Shown here in pieces: positions 9,550-19,175 of a DNA stretch of 64,000 nucleotides. Source of the DNA: an uncultured Alphaproteobacteria bacterium (lineage in GTDB: Bacteria; Bacteroidota; Ignavibacteria; OLB7); NCBI GenBank assembly GCA_964462535.1, contig CAYWXV010000001.1, positions 165,380 to 229,379 of the forward strand, given 5' to 3'. The notes beneath the pieces were generated by a model. That model ran no database searches. It was not told the DNA's origin and saw only the letters and a list, made by a program, of their open reading frames with translations. Both the position numbers and the translations under genes were made by a program. Each line of letters begins with the position of its first letter. Position 1 is the first letter of the stretch.

Positions 9550-10536
9550 ATGTCCGCACCTCAATTGTCGGTTCGCGACAACGCCTCGAGCAGCCGCGAA
9601 AACGAACTCATTGCAGATATCCGAACTGGTCTGCTCTGCCGACCCAAAGAGCTGTCCCCCAAGTACTTCTACGACGAACGGGGATCCCGCCTCTTTGAGC
9701 GGATCTGCGAGCTCCCAGAGTACTATCAGACGCGAACCGAACGGGGAATCATTCTGGCGAATAGTGCCGCACTCGTCGACTTGGTTGGGAGCGGGACGGT
9801 TGTGGAACTTGGAGCGGGTAATGCCTCTAAGAGCAGGCTGTTTCTTGAGGCGGCTCACGCTATCGGGAAGACCGTCGACTTTGTTCCGGTCGATATTAGC
9901 TCCGTGATGTTGGAGCAGACCGCTGTGGAACTCCGCGCACGTTATCCATGGGTTGCGGTTCATCCGGTTGCGGCCGATTTCACGAGGCATATTTCAGTGA
10001 GACCCTCGTCCAATCCAAGGCTCATTCTCTTCCTGGGAGGGACTATCGGGAACTTTGGTGAGGCGGAGGGAGCCGAGCTGCTCGCGCGAATCGCGTCGGC
10101 GATGAACACGTCCGATCGCTTCGTTCTTGGAATTGATCTCGTTAAGGATCCTGCTATCCTCCACGCGGCCTACAACGACGCTGACGGAGTAACGGCCGAC
10201 TTTAACCTCAATGTTCTTCGCGTCCTGAATCGAGAGGCTGGTGCTGCATTCAACCTCACCAAATTCCGCCACTACGCATTCTACAACCCGCACGCGGAGC
10301 AGATCGAGATGCACCTCGCGAGCGTGGAATCCCAGACCGTTCCCATCTCCGCCCTCAACGCCTCCGTGGAGTTTGAACGGGGGGAGACGATCCGTACAGA
10401 GATTTCTCGAAAGTTCTCCAGGGGAAGTGTCGAACGGCTGCTGGAGCTGGGAGGTATGCAACTCGAGCAATTTCTGGTTGATGACCACGAGTTGTTCGCC
10501 CTTTGCGTGGCCCGCCGAATCAACGGGGTCAACTGA
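9550..10536 (+). CDS. egtD: L-histidine N-alpha-methyltransferase EgtD.
   Basis: PKYFYDERGSRLFERICELPEYYQTRTE...VELGAGNASKSRLFLEA...LGGTIGNF is the TIGR03438-like pattern. A GGAG box sits 5 nt upstream of the ATG at 9550. The ORF-track start at 9286 is an upstream in-frame extension. Confidence 0.85.
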   Translation: MSAPQLSVRDNASSSRENELIADIRTGLLCRPKELSPKYFYDERGSRLFERICELPEYYQTRTERGIILANSAALVDLVGSGTVVELGAGNASKSRLFLEAAHAIGKTVDFVPVDISSVMLEQTAVELRARYPWVAVHPVAADFTRHISVRPSSNPRLILFLGGTIGNFGEAEGAELLARIASAMNTSDRFVLGIDLVKDPAILHAAYNDADGVTADFNLNVLRVLNREAGAAFNLTKFRHYAFYNPHAEQIEMHLASVESQTVPISALNASVEFERGETIRTEISRKFSRGSVERLLELGGMQLEQFLVDDHELFALCVARRINGVN

Positions 10537-10537
10537 T

Positions 10538-11749
10538 ATGCCACCCGCAATACTCCCACCTCGCTCATCGTTCGTCCACGCGATCGTTGCCGATGAACTT
10601 TTCGCCCTCTCCCCGAGCGACAGAGTGGGATTGGAGGTTGAGGTCTTCATCGTTTCCGACAGCGGTCACAGACATTTCCCCGAAGACGAGCGCGTGAATT
10701 TCTACAGGGCCCTTGCACGCGAGTTTGATGGCGAGTTTTCGTTTGGAGCGGAGGGGGAGCCGGTCGTCGCGCTGCGGAATGGTGGAAAGATTACGTTCGA
10801 GCCCGCGGGGCAGCTGGAGTACAGCGGTCCGCCATTCGACAGTTCGCTCGATGCGTCGGTGGATGCGGTCGAGTTTGTGACGCGACTGCAACGTGTAGCC
10901 CGATCGGTGCGAATGGATGTCGTGATGAAGGGCTTCGACGATCGTTTTGAAGAACCACCTCTGGTGGTGGCCAAATCGCGGTACGTCGCAATGGATAACT
11001 ACTTCGGGCGTATCGGTGACTACGGACGGATGATGATGCGCCGAACGTGCGCGCTGCAGGTCAACCTCGACTTCGGTGGCTTGGGGACCAACCAGGAGCG
11101 CTGGCGGCTGGCGAACATGATAGCCCCCGCGCTGAACGCGCTGTTCGCGAACTCTCCTGCTACTCGAAACGAACGAGCGTATCGGAGCTTCCGGTACGAG
11201 ATTTGGAAACATGCTGATCCGACACGAGCCGGGCGCCTCTTTGATCGTCCGGACCTGGACCCGGTCGCCGACTATGTTCGCTTCGCACTTGACGCAAGGG
11301 TCATGTTCGTGCGACTCGATGACGGCAGGCACGTTGTTCCCACGCCCGAACTGACGTTCAGACGATGGATGTCGGTTGGTTGGGAGGGGCGTCTCCCGAC
11401 ATCGTCCGACTGGCGCCGCCACCTCACCACCCTGTTTCCCGATGTCCGGCCACGCGGCTGGATGGAGGTTCGATCGATCGATGCGCAGCCGGTAGAGATG
11501 ATTGGTGTTGTCGCGTCTGTTGTGGCCGCTGCGCTGTACGATGAAGCGTGCAGGCGTGACCTACTTCGGATGCTGGAGAATCGTGACCGGGTCGCGATTG
11601 ACGATGGGGAGCACGATGGGTGCTTGGTCTCGGATCTGCAGGCCGGGATCGAGATCGCCCGCGTCGTCGCCGATCGTCTACCACTCCCGGCCTGGCGAGA
11701 CCAGCTCGATCGGCATGTGGCGATGCTCCTCTCAAACGTGCGAGCGTAG
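10538..11749 (+). CDS. egtA: GCS2-family glutamate--cysteine ligase (EgtA-like gamma-glutamylcysteine synthetase).
   Basis: VGLEVEVFIV...GQLEYSGPP...RRTCALQVNLDF are GCS2 / carboxylate-amine ligase motifs. The ATG is coupled to the egtD stop (TGATATG). Confidence 0.7.
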   Translation: MPPAILPPRSSFVHAIVADELFALSPSDRVGLEVEVFIVSDSGHRHFPEDERVNFYRALAREFDGEFSFGAEGEPVVALRNGGKITFEPAGQLEYSGPPFDSSLDASVDAVEFVTRLQRVARSVRMDVVMKGFDDRFEEPPLVVAKSRYVAMDNYFGRIGDYGRMMMRRTCALQVNLDFGGLGTNQERWRLANMIAPALNALFANSPATRNERAYRSFRYEIWKHADPTRAGRLFDRPDLDPVADYVRFALDARVMFVRLDDGRHVVPTPELTFRRWMSVGWEGRLPTSSDWRRHLTTLFPDVRPRGWMEVRSIDAQPVEMIGVVASVVAAALYDEACRRDLLRMLENRDRVAIDDGEHDGCLVSDLQAGIEIARVVADRLPLPAWRDQLDRHVAMLLSNVRA

Positions 11750-11871
11750 ATTCGGTTCCTCCACCCGCACCGCCGGTTCCCAATCTGTAACACTTCCCCG
11801 GACGTGTTTTGCACGGCGTGGCTTCTCCCTAACTTTGCCCCCCTTCAATCAACCATCCGAACTGTACTATC

Positions 11872-13278
11872 ATGGCAGAGAAGAACTTCGACTGTATCGT
11901 CATTGGAAGCGGGCCGGGAGGATACATAGCTGCAATCCGTGCTCATCAACTTGGGTTGAAGACGGCGATCGTTGAGCGCGATCGGCTTGGTGGCGTCTGC
12001 TTGAACTGGGGTTGCATTCCCACAAAGGCCCTTCTGAAGAATGCCGAGTACATGCACTTTCTGAATCACGCGGGCGACTTCGGATTCACCGTTGGTGAGG
12101 TTGCGGTCGACTTCAAGAAGGTCATCTCGCGCAGCCGCGACGTCGCTGACGCCAACTCGTCTGGAGTCAACTTCCTGATGAAGAAGAATAGCGTCGAAGT
12201 CTTCAATGGATCCGGATTTGTGCCCCGGGCAGGCGTCGTCGAAGTGCGGAACAGTGATGGCAAGGTCTCAGATACGCTGACGGCCTCGAAGGGAATCATC
12301 GTAGCAACCGGAGCTCGTGCCCGTCTCTTCCCCGGATTCGAGGTCGATCGGAAGCGTGTCATCACCTCAACGGAGGCCATGCTTTTGGACGAGGCTCCTG
12401 CCTCGATGATCGTTATAGGAGGGGGTGCAATTGGCGTTGAGTTCGCGTACTTCTACAATGCCTTCGGTACCAAAGTCACCATCATCGAGATGATGCCGGC
12501 GATTCTCCCTGTCGAGGACGAAGAGTCGTCCAAGGAGGTGGCGCGCGCGTTCAAAAAGAAGAAGGTGGACATTCTGACGGAGACCCGGGTGTTGTCTGTC
12601 AAGACTGTCGGCGAGGGTGTCGAGGTCGTGATCGAGGACAAGAAGGGAGTGCAGAAGACGTTGAATGCGGACTACGCGTTGAACGCCGTGGGCGTGACTG
12701 GGAACGTTGAGAACCTTGGACTTGAACAACTAGGCGTCACGATCGAGCGTGGTCACATCAAGGTCGATACGTTCATGCAGACTAACGTGGCCGGCATTTA
12801 CGCGATAGGCGATGTCGTAGGAGCACCATGGCTCGCGCATGTCGCATCGCATGAGGGACTGGTGGCGGTTGAGCACATGGCGGGGCACCATACGGACGGG
12901 ATGCACTATGACAATATTCCGGGCTGCACGTACTGTCAGCCGCAGGTTGCCTCCGTTGGGCTAACGGAGAAGAAGGCACGCGAGATGGGGTACGACGTGA
13001 AGGTTGGGCGTTTCCCGTTCAAGGCGAGTGGAAAGGCTCGGGCCATTGGGGAGACCGATGGATTTGTCAAGCTCGTTATCGACGCGAAGTATGGCGAGAT
13101 TCTAGGTGGGCACATCGTTGGCGCGGAGGCAACTGAAATGATCGCCGAGATCGTGACCGCCCGTGCCGCGGACGCCACGGCTGAGACGCTGTTCAAGACG
13201 ATCCATGCACACCCGACGCTCTCCGAGGGGGTTATGGAGGCCGCGGCCGACGCGTACGGAGAGGCGCTCAACATCTAA
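11872..13278 (+). CDS. lpdA: Dihydrolipoyl dehydrogenase (E3).
   Basis: FAD fingerprint DCIVIGSGPGGYIAA. Redox-active disulfide GGVCLNWGCIPTKALL. C-terminal HAHPTLSE. Confidence 0.9.
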   Translation: MAEKNFDCIVIGSGPGGYIAAIRAHQLGLKTAIVERDRLGGVCLNWGCIPTKALLKNAEYMHFLNHAGDFGFTVGEVAVDFKKVISRSRDVADANSSGVNFLMKKNSVEVFNGSGFVPRAGVVEVRNSDGKVSDTLTASKGIIVATGARARLFPGFEVDRKRVITSTEAMLLDEAPASMIVIGGGAIGVEFAYFYNAFGTKVTIIEMMPAILPVEDEESSKEVARAFKKKKVDILTETRVLSVKTVGEGVEVVIEDKKGVQKTLNADYALNAVGVTGNVENLGLEQLGVTIERGHIKVDTFMQTNVAGIYAIGDVVGAPWLAHVASHEGLVAVEHMAGHHTDGMHYDNIPGCTYCQPQVASVGLTEKKAREMGYDVKVGRFPFKASGKARAIGETDGFVKLVIDAKYGEILGGHIVGAEATEMIAEIVTARAADATAETLFKTIHAHPTLSEGVMEAAADAYGEALNI

Positions 13279-13314
13279 TTCCCCCTCTGCACGCTTTCAC
13301 GGAAAGGTCTCCCG

Positions 13315-13815
13315 ATGACTCTGGCGGAACAGCTCGTCGATACGTGGCGCATCAGTGCCGAAATCAACCTCTATTTGCTGAGTGCGATACCGGATGAGGG
13401 GTTGGCCGCTTCCTCCGCAACCGGGGGCCGAACGGTCGGGGAGGTGTTCGCCCATCTCCACAACGTCCGCTTGATGTGGATCAAGGTGGCCGATCCCGGA
13501 CTGGCGGCGACGCTCGTCAAGATTGAGCGCGATCGGGCAAGCGATCGCCCTTTGCTTGTTTCCTCCCTCGAAGCATCCTCGGCAGGAATTGCCGCTCTTC
13601 TGCGGACCGGTGCGGATTCCGGGACAATCAAGGGGTTCAAGCCACACGCCTCTGCGTTCCTCGGATACATCATTTCGCACGAGAGTCATCATCGAGGGCA
13701 GGTGCTCGTCGCACTGAAGGGGGCGGGGTTTGGCGTCCCGAAGACGGTGGCCTACGGATTATGGGAGTGGGGCTCACGTGCGAAAGAACTTCACGATCGT
13801 CAGGGGACGGCGTAA
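13315..13815 (+). CDS. DinB/YfiT-superfamily protein (DinB_2-like four-helix-bundle putative metalloenzyme), 166 aa.
   Basis: Spaced His residues (VFAHLHN...ISHESHHRG) and size typical of the DinB_2 family. Embedded between egtA/lpdA and lipB/egtC. Confidence 0.55.
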   Translation: MTLAEQLVDTWRISAEINLYLLSAIPDEGLAASSATGGRTVGEVFAHLHNVRLMWIKVADPGLAATLVKIERDRASDRPLLVSSLEASSAGIAALLRTGADSGTIKGFKPHASAFLGYIISHESHHRGQVLVALKGAGFGVPKTVAYGLWEWGSRAKELHDRQGTA

Positions 13816-14453
13816 TGCCGATTGACGTCGAGTGGCTGGGGAGAGTCCCGTACGGGGAAGCCTGGGAACTCCAGCGGCGCGTCTTCGCCGAAGTCGTATC
13901 CGGTTCCGGCCCAAACCGCTTCCTCCTCTGCGAACATCCCGACGTCCTGACTCTGGGGAGGAATGCCCGCACGGATGAGAACCTCCTTATGGATCGCGAC
14001 GCGCTTCGTGCGGCGGGATACGAGGTGTACGACGTTGATCGAGGTGGCGACGTTACCTATCACGGTCCCGGTCAGCTCGTTGGCTATCCGATTATCCGAC
14101 TTGCGGACTATCGGGAGGATCTGGGTTGGTACATGCGATCTCTGGAGGACTTGATCATCATGATGATCGCGGACGATGGGTTGAACGGAGGGAGGAAAGA
14201 GGGAATGACCGGTGTCTGGGTTGACGACCGCAAGATCTGCGCGATCGGCGTGCGCGCTTCTCGATGGACTACCATGCACGGGTTCGCGCTGAACGTAACG
14301 ACGGACCTGGCCAGATTCGACGCGATCATTCCCTGCGGCATTCGGGAGTATGAGGTGACGTCCATCGAACGCGAAACGGCGACAGCTGTCCCGTTGGACG
14401 AGATGGCAAGACGTGCGGCTGCCTACTGGGACGTGGCCATGAATCCTTCCTGA
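13815..14453 (+). CDS. lipB: Octanoyl-[ACP]:protein N-octanoyltransferase LipB.
   Basis: FLLCEHPDVLTLGRNA...RGGDVTYHGPGQLVGYPI...KICAIGV is conserved across LipB proteins. The start overlaps the previous stop (TAATG). Confidence 0.85.
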   Translation: MPIDVEWLGRVPYGEAWELQRRVFAEVVSGSGPNRFLLCEHPDVLTLGRNARTDENLLMDRDALRAAGYEVYDVDRGGDVTYHGPGQLVGYPIIRLADYREDLGWYMRSLEDLIIMMIADDGLNGGRKEGMTGVWVDDRKICAIGVRASRWTTMHGFALNVTTDLARFDAIIPCGIREYEVTSIERETATAVPLDEMARRAAAYWDVAMNPS

Positions 14454-14564
14454 CGTTCGATTCTCGGCAAATCGTGCCCCATTTGGCCCCCCTGTGTATA
14501 TTCGCGGGCTATTCGACGTGGCGTTGAGGTGAAGAGGGGAACCATGATCACCGATTGAGTACCT

Positions 14565-15458
14565 ATGTGTCGATTCCTGGCATACATCGGCAAACCGGTT
14601 CTTGCTGACGACCTTCTTTACCGTCCGCAGCACTCGCTCATTGAACGGCAGTCGCTGGGGGCGCAGGAAATGTCGATACCGATTAATGGCGATGGATTCG
14701 GCATCAGTTGGTACGACTATCGCCTTGATCCGGAGCCGTGCCGATTCCGGTCTGTCCATCCTTCCTGGAGCGATGAGAACCTTCGATTCCTCGCCAAGAA
14801 GGTGCAGACGCCACTCCTCTTCGCTCACGTTCGTGCGGCGACCCCCGGATCTACTGTCGAGGAGATCAACTGCCATCCGTTTGTGCACGGCCGTATGACC
14901 TGGATGCACAACGGTATGGTACAGGACTTCCGAAAGATCCGTCGTTCACTCCTCCGCGAGTTGAAGGACGAGGCGTACGACTCTGTCCTCGGTTCAACCG
15001 ACAGCGAGCATCTCTTCGGCCTCTTTCTGAACAACCTGCGTAATCCGTCCGGCGACGTATCGACAGAAGAGATGGTGGAAGCGATGTTCAGCATGCTCGA
15101 CGACTTTAATCGCCTGCTGTTCGAGAGTGACGTCCGCGAGCATTCGTACCTCAACATCTGTCTCTCGAATGGACGCTCTCTGATTGCTACCCGGTACACA
15201 ACCAATCCTCGTGTGCAGCCGGCCAGTCTCTATTACATGTTTGGGAAGGAGTATGTCGCAACCGACGGTCGGTGCTTCATGATTCCGGATGACGGTGCCT
15301 CCGAGGCCGTCGTGATTTCCAGCGAGCCATTCACGTCAAACAAGTCCGATTGGGTCAAGGTCACACGGAACTCGATGATCATCATCGACGAAGATCTCTC
15401 GATCCGCTTTGCCGACATCGAACTCCCGTTCGAGAAAGCGACCTTTGTCTACCAATAG
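14565..15458 (+). CDS. egtC: Class-II (Ntn) glutamine amidotransferase, EgtC-like ergothioneine biosynthesis amidohydrolase.
   Basis: Starts MCRFLAYIGKPV with a Cys2 nucleophile, as in EgtC (MCRH...). About 297 aa, GATase_2/EgtC-like. Confidence 0.7.
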   Translation: MCRFLAYIGKPVLADDLLYRPQHSLIERQSLGAQEMSIPINGDGFGISWYDYRLDPEPCRFRSVHPSWSDENLRFLAKKVQTPLLFAHVRAATPGSTVEEINCHPFVHGRMTWMHNGMVQDFRKIRRSLLRELKDEAYDSVLGSTDSEHLFGLFLNNLRNPSGDVSTEEMVEAMFSMLDDFNRLLFESDVREHSYLNICLSNGRSLIATRYTTNPRVQPASLYYMFGKEYVATDGRCFMIPDDGASEAVVISSEPFTSNKSDWVKVTRNSMIIIDEDLSIRFADIELPFEKATFVYQ

Positions 15459-15548
15459 TCCCCGTCCCCGCGCCTCCCACCGTGGAGCGCGCTCTTCCTC
15501 CGCGCGGACCTCTGCGCACGTAATCCGAGCACGATACAAGTCGCGCGA

Positions 15549-17495
15549 ATGATTCCAACGCTACTTCCGATTATTCTCCTTCTTCCGCTCGTGGGGTTCC
15601 TGATCAACGGACTCTTGGGCTCCCGCATCAAGTCGGAGAAGGTCGTGGGGGCGATCGGCACTGCCATGATCGCCATCCCGTTTGCCCTGGCCGTCTTCGT
15701 GCTCGTCGAGCTGGTTGGCGCTCCCGTTGAGGAGCGTACGATCCACGTTCGACTCCTCGAGTGGATTGCAGCAGGGAACTTCTCCGTCGACTTCGCCTAC
15801 ATGGTCGATCCGCTGTCGATGGTATTCCTCCTCATCATCACCGGCGTAGGCTCCCTGATTCACATCTACTCGATTGGCTACATGCATGGCGATCGAGGAT
15901 TCGCACGGTTCTTCGCCTATCTGAACCTGTTCATCTTCATGATGTTGAACCTGGTTCTGGCGGACAACTACCTGGTGACCTTTCTGGGGTGGGAGGGGGT
16001 TGGTCTCTGTTCGTATCTCCTGATCGGGTTCTGGTACGATCAGGAATTCGAGGGAGTAGGGATTCACTGGACTGGCGATGCCGCGAAGAAGGCGTTCGTG
16101 ATGAATCGAATCGGCGACCTGGGAATGCTTGTCGGGATGTTCATCCTGTTCTGGCAGTTCGGAACGCTCCAGTATTCGGGTGTCGAAGCCGCGGTTGCAC
16201 AGGGAGTATCATCGTCGAAAGAGACGCTGATCACAATCGCGACACTGGCTCTTTTCCTTGGGGCGTGCGGGAAGTCGGCACAACTTCCGCTAAGCGTGTG
16301 GCTTCCCGATGCCATGGCGGGCCCCACGCCTGTCTCGGCATTGATCCACGCCGCGACAATGGTAACCGCTGGAATCTTCCTTGTGGCGCGGAATGCGACC
16401 CTATTCTCCATGTCGCATACCACGATGACCGTTGTAACCGTGGTTGCCGCAGCAACCGCACTCATTGCCGCCACCATCGGTATCGTGCAGAACGACATCA
16501 AGAAGGTTCTCGCCTACTCTACCGTCTCACAGCTCGGGTTCATGTTCATCGCCCTCGGTGTTGGTGCCTGGACGACGGCAGTCTTCCACGTAATGACGCA
16601 CGCGTTCTTCAAGGCGCTCCTCTTCCTGGGATCCGGCTCCGTCATCCATGGGATGCACCACGAACAGAACATGCAGAAGATGGGTGGGCTCAAGTCGCAC
16701 ATGCCGTCGACATACCGGACGTATGTGATCGGAGCGCTTGCGATCAGCGGCATTCCGATATTCTCCGGCTTCTTTTCCAAGGACGAGATTCTGCTGAACG
16801 CCTTTGTCAACGGCGGGCCGATACTGTGGGGTATCGGCGCGGTAGCGGCATTCTGCACCGCGTTCTACATGTTCCGCTCCGTTCACCTGACGTTTGATGG
16901 CACGGAGCGATTCGATACGCATCACACACATCCTCACGAGGTGGGTCTGATGACTGCACCGTTGTGGGTTCTTGCCTTCCTGTCGGTCTTTGGCGGGTTC
17001 CTTGGACTCCCCGCACTCCTCGGTGAACATGTCAACATCCTCGAATCATGGCTCGAACCGGTGTTTGCAACGGCAAATGCCAACCTCCATCATGGACATC
17101 CGGGCGCAACGCTTGAGATGGTTTTGATGGGCGTGTCGATCGGCGTGGCTTTATCCGCGATCGTGCTTGCACGTTACGTGTACATCAAGCATCCCGAGGT
17201 GGCGGTGCGCACAGCGACCCGTTTCAAATCGATCCACGCGCTCTTGTGGAATAAGTGGTACATCGACAACATCTACGAAACTCTGGTTGTCGGACCTACG
17301 ACCTGGCTGTCGCGTGCGTTTCTTCTCCGCGTGGTCGATCAGGGTATGATCGATGGCACGTTGAACGGCTCGGGAAGGCTTACAGCCGCGCTCGGTGCGA
17401 CGATTCGAAGAATGCAAACAGGGGTGGCGCAGAACTACGCCGCCGTGGTTGTCGCAGGCATCGTCGTGATGCTGGCATTCATCCTTCTGCGCTGA
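15549..17495 (+). CDS. nuoL: NADH-quinone oxidoreductase subunit L.
   Basis: 648 aa polytopic antiporter-like subunit with conserved WLPDAMAGPTPVSALIHAATMVTAG and a C-terminal long horizontal helix region. Confidence 0.9.
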   Translation: MIPTLLPIILLLPLVGFLINGLLGSRIKSEKVVGAIGTAMIAIPFALAVFVLVELVGAPVEERTIHVRLLEWIAAGNFSVDFAYMVDPLSMVFLLIITGVGSLIHIYSIGYMHGDRGFARFFAYLNLFIFMMLNLVLADNYLVTFLGWEGVGLCSYLLIGFWYDQEFEGVGIHWTGDAAKKAFVMNRIGDLGMLVGMFILFWQFGTLQYSGVEAAVAQGVSSSKETLITIATLALFLGACGKSAQLPLSVWLPDAMAGPTPVSALIHAATMVTAGIFLVARNATLFSMSHTTMTVVTVVAAATALIAATIGIVQNDIKKVLAYSTVSQLGFMFIALGVGAWTTAVFHVMTHAFFKALLFLGSGSVIHGMHHEQNMQKMGGLKSHMPSTYRTYVIGALAISGIPIFSGFFSKDEILLNAFVNGGPILWGIGAVAAFCTAFYMFRSVHLTFDGTERFDTHHTHPHEVGLMTAPLWVLAFLSVFGGFLGLPALLGEHVNILESWLEPVFATANANLHHGHPGATLEMVLMGVSIGVALSAIVLARYVYIKHPEVAVRTATRFKSIHALLWNKWYIDNIYETLVVGPTTWLSRAFLLRVVDQGMIDGTLNGSGRLTAALGATIRRMQTGVAQNYAAVVVAGIVVMLAFILLR

Positions 17496-17517
17496 ACCTG
17501 AACTAGAGACATTAGAC

Positions 17518-19131
17518 GTGATCTTTTTACTCCTGACGCTCCTGATCCCTCTGGCGACGTCCGCAGTCATGATGCTTCTCCCGGCCAATCGTCATGCGGC
17601 ACACCGCTCACTTGCACTGATTGGATCGCTGGCATCGCTGGTTACATCGCTCGTCGTCTGGTTTAACTTCGATCACACGACTCCAGTCTTTCAGTTCCTA
17701 ACCGATATCACTTGGATTTCATCGCTTGATGTCGGATTCCGGTTCGGCGTGGACGGGATGTCCTTGTTGATGATTGCGCTGACCACGGTCATTATGCCGA
17801 TAGCGATCGTGTCGAGTTGGGAGCCGGTAGGGGATCGTGTCAAACTCTACTACATCATGCTGATGATTCTGGAGTTTGGTTTGATCGGTGTGTTTGCGTC
17901 GCTCGATACGTTTGTCTTTTACGTTTTCTGGGAAGTCATTCTGATCCCGATGTACTTCCTGATCGGCATCTGGGGTGGGAAGGATCGCATCTACGCTGCG
18001 ATGAAGTTCTTTCTCTACACAATGGCTGGATCGCTTCTCATGCTGGTGGCCATCGTGTATGTCGGACTCCACGCGCAGGCGGTCAACGGACATTTCACTA
18101 CCGATCTTCGAAAGCTCCTGCTTATCGCCCCCGGTATCGAGGCCGGCGTGCAGCACTGGCTCTTCCTGGCTTTCGCCGTCTCTTTCCTCATCAAGGTTCC
18201 CGCGTTCCCGTTTCACACCTGGCTTCCCGACGCACACACGCAGGCGCCAACGGCGGGCTCCGTCATTCTTGCAGCCGTGATGCTGAAGATGGGGACGTAC
18301 GGCCTGATTCGCTTCTGCCTTGGCTTGTTCCCGCAGTCGTCCCTCTATTTCGCTGACGCCATTGCCGTCCTTGCCGTCATCGGCATTATCTATGGCGCGC
18401 TGCTGGCAATGGTTCAGACCGACATCAAGAAGCTGGTCGCCTACTCGTCGATCGCGCACCTCGGATTCGTTACGCTCGGCATCTTCTCCATGACGGCTGA
18501 AGGCATGCAGGGGGCCATCCTGCAAAACGTGAATCACGGGCTGTCGACCGGGATGCTCTTCCTGCTGGTTGGCTTTATTTACGAGAGACGTCATACCCGA
18601 GAGATGGCCGAATTCGGAGGTATCGCCCGTTCGATGCCCGTATATGCGACGTTCTTTCTGATAGCAGTCCTCTCATCAGTTGGCCTCCCTGGGCTCAATG
18701 GATTCGTTGGGGAGTACCTTACGTTGATAGGGGCGTTCGTCAGCGATTACTTCGCAACCAAGTGGTTTGCCATCATTGCTGCGTCGGGAGTGATCCTCGC
18801 AGCCGTGTACCTCCTTGTACTCTACCAGCGAATCTTCTTCGGGAAGCTCGACAACCCGGCCAACGCCCGGCTCAAGGACCTGTCACGGACGGAGATCGCC
18901 CTGCTTGTTCCGATGGTGGTCCTCTGCGTTTGGATTGGCATCCAGCCCGGAACGTTCCTTACCGTGTCTGAGGTTACCTCGCGTGCGATCGTCGGACGCG
19001 TGACATCGATAAAGGGGCCGCAGCGGTATGCGGCGGAAGCAGCGTTGTTCAATCAGAGTCTCGGGCTGGCGAAGCCGGGCTCCGCGCCTTCTCACACACC
19101 TCCGCCAAGCGTGGTGGCACCAGCGAAGTAG
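17518..19131 (+). CDS. nuoM: NADH-quinone oxidoreductase subunit M (GTG start).
   Basis: FPFHTWLPDAHTQAPTAGSVILAAVMLKMGTYG motif. About 537 aa with roughly 14 TM helices. Confidence 0.9.
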   Translation: MIFLLLTLLIPLATSAVMMLLPANRHAAHRSLALIGSLASLVTSLVVWFNFDHTTPVFQFLTDITWISSLDVGFRFGVDGMSLLMIALTTVIMPIAIVSSWEPVGDRVKLYYIMLMILEFGLIGVFASLDTFVFYVFWEVILIPMYFLIGIWGGKDRIYAAMKFFLYTMAGSLLMLVAIVYVGLHAQAVNGHFTTDLRKLLLIAPGIEAGVQHWLFLAFAVSFLIKVPAFPFHTWLPDAHTQAPTAGSVILAAVMLKMGTYGLIRFCLGLFPQSSLYFADAIAVLAVIGIIYGALLAMVQTDIKKLVAYSSIAHLGFVTLGIFSMTAEGMQGAILQNVNHGLSTGMLFLLVGFIYERRHTREMAEFGGIARSMPVYATFFLIAVLSSVGLPGLNGFVGEYLTLIGAFVSDYFATKWFAIIAASGVILAAVYLLVLYQRIFFGKLDNPANARLKDLSRTEIALLVPMVVLCVWIGIQPGTFLTVSEVTSRAIVGRVTSIKGPQRYAAEAALFNQSLGLAKPGSAPSHTPPPSVVAPAK

Positions 19132-19175
19132 TGTATGCTCGTATCCCGACCTCTTCACACTAACGCTTCGATAGC

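Noticed and set aside
13800-14909. 369-aa minus-strand ORF antisense to lipB and the egtC 5' region
   Set aside because: It overlaps two plus-strand genes with clear family motifs (LipB, EgtC). No motifs of its own. Typical GC-rich antisense artefact.
17719-18594. 291-aa minus-strand ORF (and several others at 15561-17588 and 20025-20732) antisense to nuoL/M/N
   Set aside because: The nuo genes are certain. The antisense ORFs are Arg/His-rich with no domains.
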